Origin: a virus
Reading direction: 5' to 3' (one strand)
Virus record (IMG/VR): IMGVR_UViG_3300037840_000148
Span: 1-64,000 of that record
Length of the DNA stretch: 64,000 bases
The position numbers and the translations under genes are program-made. Positions within the stretch are counted from its first letter, which is position 1. Every line of letters starts with the position of its first letter. The notes under the pieces are model-generated. The model did no database searches. It saw only the letters and a program-made list of their open reading frames with translations, and had not been told where the DNA came from. This document shows, in pieces, positions 1 through 6,648 of the stretch.

Positions 1-2
1 CC

Positions 3-299
3 GGTGTCCAGAATAAAATAGCTGCTAAGACTGGTAGTTATGTATTGACTTTGAATGACGAAGTCGTTTTTGCGGATTGCACAACAGGAAGTTATACTTT
101 TACTTTACCTTCCGCCGCTTCGGCGTTGTCAGGACTCAATGCAAGTAAATTCACTATCAAGAGAATTGATAGTTCTGGAAACACTTGTATCGTAGTCGGT
201 ACAATCGACGGCGCGACAAACTACGCGTTGTCGGCGCAGTATAAATACGTCACCGTGACAACGAACGGAACGTCGTGGTTTATTATAGGAAATAATTAA
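3..299 (+). CDS. C-terminal part of a virion/tail-fibre-like protein (5' truncated by window edge)
   Basis: Frame open from window start; TFTLP...IKRIDSSGN...TIDG...L..QY..VT..NG..W pattern typical of phage fibre C-terminal modules. Confidence 0.6.
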   Translation, partial: GVQNKIAAKTGSYVLTLNDEVVFADCTTGSYTFTLPSAASALSGLNASKFTIKRIDSSGNTCIVVGTIDGATNYALSAQYKYVTVTTNGTSWFIIGNN

Positions 300-305
300 T
301 TTTAT

Positions 306-391
306 GGAGTCCAGCGGGAAGTGGTTCCCAACTAGCCTTGAAAACTAGGCCATCCGAAAGGATGATTGTTCAACTCAATTGGTCTCCTCCA
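306..391 (+). tRNA. tRNA-Ser(UGA), long variable arm, probable 8/4 fold
   Basis: Acceptor GGAGTCCA/TGGTCTCC, D arm GGGAA-GTGG-TTCCC, anticodon loop CT-TGA-AA, V arm CATCC-GAAA-GGATG, T arm ATTG-TTCAACT-CAAT, encoded CCA. Confidence 0.8.
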
Positions 392-397
392 TTTTAC

Positions 398-473
398 GCT
401 GATCTAGCTCATCGGTAGAGCGTCGGTTTGAAACGCCGAGTCGTACGTGGTTCGATTCCACGGTTCAGCGCCA
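398..473 (+). tRNA. tRNA-Phe(GAA)
   Basis: GCTGATC/GTTCAGC acceptor, GCTC/GAGC D stem, TCGGT-TTGAAAC-GCCGA, CGTGG-TTCGATT-CCACG, CCA. Confidence 0.9.
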
Positions 474-480
474 TTTCTAT

Positions 481-555
481 TGCCTTGTCGAATAATCGGC
501 AATTCGCGAGTCTTTGAAACTCGTTATGTACGTTCGATTCGTACCGAGGCAACCA
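481..555 (+). tRNA. tRNA-Gln(UUG)
   Basis: TGCCTTG/CGAGGCA acceptor, CGAGT-CTTTGAA-ACTCG, GTACG-TTCGATT-CGTAC, CCA. Confidence 0.9.
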
Positions 556-631
556 ATCTCGAAGTAACGCGATGCGCTTCAGATATGAAGCACGAGAGTC
601 GCCGCGGCGGTGAAACCGCCAAAGTTTCTAT

Positions 632-706
632 TCCCAGGTCGGCTAACAGGCAGGCCAACGCCCTCTGAAGGCGCGAATGTTCGTTCGAATCGAGCCCCGG
701 GAACCA
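632..706 (+). tRNA. tRNA-Gln(CUG)
   Basis: TCCCAGG/CCCGGGA acceptor, anticodon loop CT-CTG-AA, GTTCG-TTCGAAT-CGAGC, CCA. Confidence 0.88.
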
Positions 707-797
707 ATTTAACAAGGCTGAACAGGGGCTCGCCAAATAGCGAACAGCCAACGTCCGCACAATGCTCTGTTAAGTATTGCGGCAAGCAGGTAACAAG

Positions 798-1565
798 ATG
801 AAGACGTTTCTTGCATTGCTCTTGGTAATTTTTCTACTTATCGGCGGATATACACAGCGGTCGTCTCTGAGACATTTTGTATCTCTAGAATCAGATGCGA
901 TTCAGTCGTCCGGCGCGATTTTTACCGAGGCTGACAGGACGTTCCATTGCTCTGGGACAGAGATAGGCAGTACGAAAGATGGTGGCGGGATTTTCTTGAC
1001 CGCCCGTCATTGTGTCGCAAACGCCGACACGAATAAAATCAGCCAAAAGTTTGTCGTGTCATTCAGCGCAGATGAGGCAGGCCCATTTTATGACGCCACG
1101 CCAATCGCGATATCATTGAATGACGATCTGGCTCTTTTGTACCTAAAGAACGGCGCAAACATCCCGACAATCAGAATCCGGGATAATCGTCGACTCAGTT
1201 CTGGTGATTCGATTTTTAATGTCTCGTTTCCGTTAGGAACCGGGAAGCATGTATTTCATGGCGAGTATGTCGGGGATTATTTCCCGAAGCTGCCAGCCGA
1301 GATACTCAATCAATACCCGATGTGGCAATCCGCGATGCCGATGAATCTTACGATTGCGCACGGCTCAAGCGGTAGCGGTGTTTTCAGTCAAGCGCAACAC
1401 GCGTTGATTGGCGTAGCTGTCGGGACATTCGCGGAAGGAAGTTATAACATCGCGATTCCGTCCGAGCGCGTATTAGAATTTTTGAACGACCTTTCTGATA
1501 ACACGGTGACGAAGTTCATCGTGGCACATCCAGAAAAGGACGCAGTAATAGACGAATACTTTTAA
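798..1565 (+). CDS. Trypsin-like (S1) serine protease with N-terminal signal/anchor
   Basis: Catalytic triad motifs TARHC, DDLALL, GSSGSG; hydrophobic N-terminus MKTFLALLLVIFLLIGG. Confidence 0.88.
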   Translation: MKTFLALLLVIFLLIGGYTQRSSLRHFVSLESDAIQSSGAIFTEADRTFHCSGTEIGSTKDGGGIFLTARHCVANADTNKISQKFVVSFSADEAGPFYDATPIAISLNDDLALLYLKNGANIPTIRIRDNRRLSSGDSIFNVSFPLGTGKHVFHGEYVGDYFPKLPAEILNQYPMWQSAMPMNLTIAHGSSGSGVFSQAQHALIGVAVGTFAEGSYNIAIPSERVLEFLNDLSDNTVTKFIVAHPEKDAVIDEYF

Positions 1566-1566
1566 T

Positions 1567-1641
1567 AGTCGAGTAGCTCAACAGCGGAGCAGAGAGCCGA
1601 TTACTCTAAGGTTGTGTGTGCGACTCACACCTCGACTACCA
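1567..1641 (+). tRNA. Atypical tRNA / tRNA-like RNA, anticodon position GAU (Ile)
   Basis: Perfect AGTCGAG/CTCGACT acceptor plus ACCA, GCTC/GAGC D stem, GTGTG/CACAC T stem; non-canonical loops (CC-GAT-TA, TGCGACT). Confidence 0.65.
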
Positions 1642-1691
1642 ATATTCTAGTAAGTCAGTAGTAAAAATCCAAAACATCTTAAGGATTAATT

Positions 1692-2078
1692 ATGCCAGCA
1701 ACTACAACGGCCCTTCGTGGTCGTTTTCAAGGTTCGTCTTTACAGAACGCATTTGCGCAAGCCGGGACACAGGCTTCTGCTGCGCCCAATCTTGATTTAC
1801 TGCAGATAGTTATTCCGGGCGATCAACCGGGCGACGGTACGGTTACAGTCGCGGTCAACGTTGATTTTACAGGAGCCGTTCACAATCCCGCCTCCGCTCC
1901 CACTAATGGGACCAGATTAGGAGTATTCAATTCTACCGCTCCTAGTGGTAGCTCTACCGCACTATTCTTCTCTACAGCTTTTACCAATCCTTCCCAACAA
2001 GACATAATCCAATCCATCCAAGAAGGCGGCAACATTAGCTATTACTTAAGCTACGCCGGGGTTGCGACTGGTTCGTAA
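1692..2078 (+). CDS. Hypothetical protein
   Basis: 128-aa ORF with AAGGA RBS. Confidence 0.7.
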   Translation: MPATTTALRGRFQGSSLQNAFAQAGTQASAAPNLDLLQIVIPGDQPGDGTVTVAVNVDFTGAVHNPASAPTNGTRLGVFNSTAPSGSSTALFFSTAFTNPSQQDIIQSIQEGGNISYYLSYAGVATGS

Positions 2079-2080
2079 AT

Positions 2081-2383
2081 ATGGTCATTAATATTGATTT
2101 AAACAGCATTAGGAAATATTGGTTGACTATTTCCGCCGCGGCTATTGGTATCTGGTCGTATATGACCCCAGCAGCGCAAGCACAGCTTATCCATTATGTC
2201 ACGGTAGCTACGTTAGGTCATCCGATACTCGCGGCAGCTTTGGCTGTCATTATAGCAGATCTTAAACAATCGCCGATAGTCCCACCAACCCCGGCACCAG
2301 CACCGACACCGGTATCGACGGCGACTTCGACGTTAACGCTCAGCACAGGAAGTTTAGATTCGAATACAAATATAACTAAGTAA
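2081..2383 (+). CDS. Small membrane protein (holin-like)
   Basis: Two hydrophobic segments followed by a Pro/Thr-rich tail. Confidence 0.5.
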   Translation: MVINIDLNSIRKYWLTISAAAIGIWSYMTPAAQAQLIHYVTVATLGHPILAAALAVIIADLKQSPIVPPTPAPAPTPVSTATSTLTLSTGSLDSNTNITK

Positions 2384-2395
2384 AAAGGATATAAA

Positions 2396-3016
2396 ATGAA
2401 ACACGGAAAAAAGATTCTAGCTAGTATGTTGCTTTGTAGCATGTTCGCATACGGATGTTCTACAGCCTGGGTAACCACGCTGGATGATATTCTTATCGCG
2501 GCAGCACCGGCACTTATCAATATTTTGAATATCGTGGCTATCGCAAAGGGCCAGCCAATCAATACCGCGCTGGAATCCCAGATTACCGCGGACGCAGCAC
2601 GAGTCAAGACATTAGCCGCTGATTTCTCTGCGGCTTCCGCTGCAGCAGCCCCGACAGCATGTGCCCAGCTTCAAGCTGCTATTAACACGTACTCTGCCGA
2701 CCAAGCGCAGGTCATGGCGTTAGCACAGGTTTCTGACCCCGCTACCCAGACTAAGATTGAAACGTTGTCTGCTTTGATTTCCGGAACAATTGTGGCTATC
2801 ACGGCCGTGATCCCGAGTTGTCAACAGGCGGCGTCCTTCAAGGCGACCTTGGAAAAGACGGCCGTACCTCTTCCTTTGAAGACTTTTGTTAAGAGCTATA
2901 ACGACACGTTGAAGGTCAAGACCGGAAACGCGGCCGTTGATTCCTTCACGAAGTCTCACGAAGTCCACGTTCACGGTAAGTTTGTCCGAGTTATCACGCT
3001 CGGCCTAGCATACTAA
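2396..3016 (+). CDS. Predicted lipoprotein
   Basis: Basic N-terminus, hydrophobic core, lipobox-like AYG-C; Ala-rich helical body. Confidence 0.7.
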   Translation: MKHGKKILASMLLCSMFAYGCSTAWVTTLDDILIAAAPALINILNIVAIAKGQPINTALESQITADAARVKTLAADFSAASAAAAPTACAQLQAAINTYSADQAQVMALAQVSDPATQTKIETLSALISGTIVAITAVIPSCQQAASFKATLEKTAVPLPLKTFVKSYNDTLKVKTGNAAVDSFTKSHEVHVHGKFVRVITLGLAY

Positions 3017-3018
3017 TA

Positions 3019-3216
3019 ATGATTAATTTGACTGACTTGGGGACGATTGGCGTAAACCGTCGTTCCCTTGCAGTTGACCCTAAACAAATAGTTTCTTTAT
3101 CGGCAGATCCAGTCGAAGCAAATAGAACGGTAGTTACTTTGCTTAATGGTACGTGGTTTTTAGTCGCTGAAAGTATATCTGAAATTAATTCTCTTATCGA
3201 AACGGCGGGGGAATAA
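3019..3216 (+). CDS. FlbD/SwrD-family small protein
   Basis: MI.LT...I......T.VTL.NG....V.ES..EI pattern and 65-aa length match FlbD family. Confidence 0.6.
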   Translation: MINLTDLGTIGVNRRSLAVDPKQIVSLSADPVEANRTVVTLLNGTWFLVAESISEINSLIETAGE

Positions 3217-4037
3217 TGCCTGAACTACAAATTAGTGCTGGTGGTCGTAGGTATGGTTGGTTTAGAGCGCCGCATAAGCACACCGCGTATAGCATTATAT
3301 CAGTTCCTAATTTGACGTTGGCAGAACCACCCCCGATAGACGATCACCTTCATCAGTTCATGCAGGCCACGAAAGACCAAGGCCAAGAAGGTTCGTGTAC
3401 GGCTCACGCAGGCACGGAAGACAGGGAAGCAATTGCGGCACAGTATGAAGGCCGGATTGTTAAACTCAGTCCACAGTTTTTGTATTACATCGAACGTCAA
3501 CTTGATGGCACGTTAGATCAAGGTGACTGTGGTTCGACCGGCGAGACTAGTTGTAAAGCAATTAATCAGTTTGGTGTTTGTCAGGAATCAGGCGATCCTT
3601 ATAACGTTGCGAATCTTTCAGTCGCACCGACAGCCGCTCAGTTACAAGATGCTCTGTCATTCAAGGCAGGCGCATATCACTCGTTATTCACTACCCAAGA
3701 CGTCAAGCTTTGCATCAACTCAGGATACCGAGTTCGTATCGGTATGGACGTCTATCAGTCATTTGAAGACATCAAGTCTGACGGTTTGATGCCTATCCCG
3801 AACGCCTCGAAAGAACAACTTCTTGGTGGTCATGAAATTCTTATATTTGCTTACGATGACACCGTGAAGTGCCCGGGGGCACAAGCGCCCGGCGCAGTCA
3901 GGGTTCGTAATTCGTGGGGAACCGGTTGGGGGCTTGGTGGCGATTTCTGGATGCCTTATGAGTTGTTGGCAGTCAATTCAATCGTTCAACCCGATTTAAA
4001 GATTCAGCACCTCGGCCCCGCTTGGCGGCCCAAGTAA
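3216..4037 (+). CDS. Papain-like (C1) cysteine peptidase
   Basis: KDQGQEGSCTAHA (Gln/Cys), GGHE (His), RNSWG..WG (Asn). Confidence 0.9.
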   Translation: MPELQISAGGRRYGWFRAPHKHTAYSIISVPNLTLAEPPPIDDHLHQFMQATKDQGQEGSCTAHAGTEDREAIAAQYEGRIVKLSPQFLYYIERQLDGTLDQGDCGSTGETSCKAINQFGVCQESGDPYNVANLSVAPTAAQLQDALSFKAGAYHSLFTTQDVKLCINSGYRVRIGMDVYQSFEDIKSDGLMPIPNASKEQLLGGHEILIFAYDDTVKCPGAQAPGAVRVRNSWGTGWGLGGDFWMPYELLAVNSIVQPDLKIQHLGPAWRPK

Positions 4038-4143
4038 TAAAAAGTTTGAAGGGAAACATAGTTTGATCCAAATGTTTCCTTCATAAAAAGCGTCGGCTCC
4101 GGGAGAACCTCGTAGTCTGGCGTACACATAAAGAGGAAACACG

Positions 4144-4737
4144 ATGTCAGTATTCAATAATTATCAAATCAGTGGTATCCAACCTGTAACAGTCGGGGGA
4201 ACTGGCACTTCGCCCAAGTACTTTCAAAGACCAACGGGTAACTTCACGTCCGGCACGACTATTGGCCCGAGCGCATCTTCCGGCGCAGGTCAGTTAAACG
4301 CCCAAGGTTTTAACGTTTTAAATGGTCAGAAATTTACAGTCACAGCAGCCGGAGATTTCGAAGTAGGATCTGGCGGTGCTTGCCCGAACGTCACAATCGA
4401 TATGGTTGCTAACACCGGAACCGTAACGGCCCCAATTTGGACCGCTATTGCGTCAACCGGCGCGGTAACAACCCAGCCTTTGACCGGCGTATTTTATCCT
4501 TGGTATTTGGAAGCGCAGATTCAAGGAACAACCGCTTCCGGTATTATCCAAGGCCAGTTCTCGGCTGTGGTTGATAACGTTCTCCAGAACAGCACGCCGA
4601 AAGTTCTTTTGTCTAACTTGTCTGGTTTGAGTTTTGCAATAGATCCTGTTTTCGGTTTGGCCATTCGCGTGACGTTCTCAGTCAGCGAATCCGGTAACTC
4701 CGCTAACATGTATCAATTCCAGTTGGCAGCCATCTAA
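4144..4737 (+). CDS. Hypothetical beta-rich protein, possibly virion-associated
   Basis: 197-aa Gly/Thr/Ser-rich ORF, GAGG RBS. Confidence 0.65.
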   Translation: MSVFNNYQISGIQPVTVGGTGTSPKYFQRPTGNFTSGTTIGPSASSGAGQLNAQGFNVLNGQKFTVTAAGDFEVGSGGACPNVTIDMVANTGTVTAPIWTAIASTGAVTTQPLTGVFYPWYLEAQIQGTTASGIIQGQFSAVVDNVLQNSTPKVLLSNLSGLSFAIDPVFGLAIRVTFSVSESGNSANMYQFQLAAI

Positions 4738-4747
4738 TCGCTTAAGT

Positions 4748-4777
4748 AGGGGCGGTTAGTAGTCTAGCCGCCCTTTC
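4748..4777 (+). terminator. Stem-loop after ORF 4144-4737, possible terminator
   Basis: AGGGGCGGTTAG-TAGT-CTAGCCGCCCTT; U-tract weak. Confidence 0.45.
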
Positions 4778-4891
4778 AAGTTTCGTCCTGAATTGGCGGC
4801 ACGCACTACAAAACCGCGGCCCCACAGAACGACATGTGAAAATCATAGCAGCCCCGTTATAGCCTCGGCAATTTTATGGGGCGATTAGAAA

Positions 4892-5287
4892 ATGACTGTA
4901 TCTCCGGAATCACTAGCACATATTTATTATTGGTCGAAGATTATTGGCGAAGTTGGTGGAGCCAGTACCGTTCTTATTACTGCTGTTGTCGCGATATTCA
5001 AGTATCTTAAGGCTGTTTATAAACAACGCCAACAGTTAAATGATACTGTGACTTTATTGGCTACGAACCATGTTCCACATTTACAAAAAGCGCTCGATGA
5101 GCACGGCGGCATGTTGGTTAATATAACATCCGACGTTCGAGATATCGGAACTAAGATGCAAGGCGTCGAGGATCGTCAAGAAGATTTACGCCGAGGTGTA
5201 CATACTCTCGGTGATTCCTTTTTGAGGCATCTTGAAGCCGCGTCTAGAGAAACTTCTAAACCAGTAAAGAAAAGAACGAGGAAATAA
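4892..5287 (+). CDS. Single-pass membrane protein with coiled-coil (holin/spanin-like)
   Basis: TM segment VLITAVVAIF followed by heptad-like region and basic tail. Confidence 0.55.
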   Translation: MTVSPESLAHIYYWSKIIGEVGGASTVLITAVVAIFKYLKAVYKQRQQLNDTVTLLATNHVPHLQKALDEHGGMLVNITSDVRDIGTKMQGVEDRQEDLRRGVHTLGDSFLRHLEAASRETSKPVKKRTRK

Positions 5288-5449
5288 ATGCCATTTGAAA
5301 GTAAGGCACAAAATGCCTGGGCCCACACTCCTGCGGGAACAAAAGCTCTTGGCGGAAAAGAAAAAGTAAAAGAGTGGGAACACGCTACGGATTACTCGAA
5401 GATTCCGTATAAGGTTGCTCACGACGCAAGGAAGAAAAATGGCGAATGA
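5288..5449 (+). CDS. Small phage protein (MPFESKAQ..., 53 aa), not in ORF track
   Basis: ATG directly after preceding stop; MPF.SKAQ...W start is common in small phage proteins. Confidence 0.65.
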   Translation: MPFESKAQNAWAHTPAGTKALGGKEKVKEWEHATDYSKIPYKVAHDARKKNGE

Positions 5450-5609
5450 CTTCGCAGGTTTGGTTGTTAAACCCGGCGAGAATACGGATTTAGTCAAGGT
5501 GGAAAACGACGTTCCTGCTCCGCCTAAACCGGAACCACCAAAGCCTCCTGTCGGTTGGGATAAGCCAATATACCAGATAGCAAGACAAGCACGCAAGAAA
5601 AAAGATTAG
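5439..5609 (+). CDS. Small Pro-rich hypothetical protein
   Basis: ATG at 5439 overlaps upstream ORF end; RBS-like AAGGAAG. Confidence 0.55.
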   Translation: MANDFAGLVVKPGENTDLVKVENDVPAPPKPEPPKPPVGWDKPIYQIARQARKKKD

Positions 5610-5613
5610 AATC

Positions 5614-5760
5614 GGGTTCGTCAAGCAGAAGAACTTCCCTCCCGAGGGGTCTGGGAAGCGCACGTCGGAACGATACGACATTACTCGTCCCTCCTTTCCG
5701 AGTAATCTTACCTAAGCATCCTGACAGATGCCCAGAAGAGCATGTTTGATTGAACGACCC
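5614..5760 (+). ncRNA. Candidate structured RNA (closed multibranch, four hairpins)
   Basis: Closing helix GTTCG-TCAAGCA/TGTTTGA-T-TGAAC; internal hairpins CTTCCC/GGGAAG, GTCG/CGAC, ATTACTCG/CGAGTAAT, GCATC/GATGC; fills an intergenic gap. Confidence 0.45.
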
Positions 5761-5802
5761 CAGCCAGTATTTTAAGTTTCAAGATATTTTACGGAGAAGA
5801 AA

Positions 5803-6177
5803 ATGAAAGAACACACAAAACAGCTTCCGAATAAATCGTATGACGGAGATATTTCTATAGGCAGCGGTTTAGAGATTGGTTCGGTTCATCCTGCACATAC
5901 GAAGCATCAAGTCAAGGAAGCCAAGGATAATCGTAAACCCCATGCAGCTAGCCACGCACAGCGTAATGCTGCGTTGGCCGGTAACGCTAATCCAGAAGGC
6001 GAAGGTTCAGTTATGCCTTATACAGGACACGGCGGCCAGATAAAAGAGAATCCGGCAGCCATCAAGGCAAGTAGGTCGCAACGGAATCGAGCAGAAGCAA
6101 GTCAGTCTAATGAATTAGGTGAGGTGGCGCATATCATGCACCACAACAATACACCTAACTCGGATAACTTGAAGTAA
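5803..6177 (+). CDS. Hypothetical hydrophilic His-rich protein
   Basis: GGAG RBS; low-complexity sequence. Confidence 0.65.
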   Translation: MKEHTKQLPNKSYDGDISIGSGLEIGSVHPAHTKHQVKEAKDNRKPHAASHAQRNAALAGNANPEGEGSVMPYTGHGGQIKENPAAIKASRSQRNRAEASQSNELGEVAHIMHHNNTPNSDNLK

Positions 6178-6186
6178 AGGATTTAT

Positions 6187-6444
6187 ATGGCAAAAAAGAA
6201 GCATCACTTTTCTCATACACATACGGAATATCACCACGATGGTTCGGCGACTATTCATCATGTTCACGAGAGCGATCCTAAGAAAGATGTAAAGCACGCT
6301 GTCGAAGATCTTGATGGAGTTCACGATTCGATTCAGGACCACCTCGGATCGCCCAATGAAGGAGAGGCGGAAGCCAATGCGGGACCGGCTCAAGGTACGC
6401 CACAACCGACTCAGCTTCCTATGCCGGGGCCAGCGGTAGCGTAA
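6187..6444 (+). CDS. His-rich hypothetical protein
   Basis: KKKHHFSHTHTEYHHDGSATIHHVHE; AAAGG RBS. Confidence 0.7.
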   Translation: MAKKKHHFSHTHTEYHHDGSATIHHVHESDPKKDVKHAVEDLDGVHDSIQDHLGSPNEGEAEANAGPAQGTPQPTQLPMPGPAVA

Positions 6445-6632
6445 TGGCAAAGCATAACGTTTCGTTATATCGGGCACTAAGGCATCTCAGGGCCGGGGGA
6501 TTACACCACGCTTTAGGAATTGCGCCCGGAACTAAGATTCCTGCCGGAAAATTAAAGGTTCACGAGAATGACTCAGAACATGTAAAGCATATGAAAAATT
6601 TTGCTAAAACTATGAGTCATTTTCATCATTAG
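6444..6632 (+). CDS. Small basic His-rich phage protein
   Basis: TAATG coupling; GGLH.ALG..PG.KIP..KL pattern seen in small phage proteins. Confidence 0.65.
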   Translation: MAKHNVSLYRALRHLRAGGLHHALGIAPGTKIPAGKLKVHENDSEHVKHMKNFAKTMSHFHH

Positions 6633-6648
6633 ATAGTTTGGAGTTTCA

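Noticed and set aside
306-391. tRNA-Sec or opal suppressor
   Set aside because: Anticodon is UGA (reads UCA, Ser), not UCA; T stem is 4 bp
447-801. ORF-track entries overlapping the tRNA cluster
   Set aside because: They overlap clear tRNA genes and have no protein-like features
4090-4140. HDV-like/theta ribozyme or riboswitch (loop ACCTCGT, possible CCTC-GAGG pairing)
   Set aside because: Lacks the P1.1 GG and P2/P4 elements; pairing is short and G-U rich
4783-4882. Structured leader before ORF 4892, with a loop resembling that at 15342-15365
   Set aside because: Stems are short and the similarity is too weak to support without alignments
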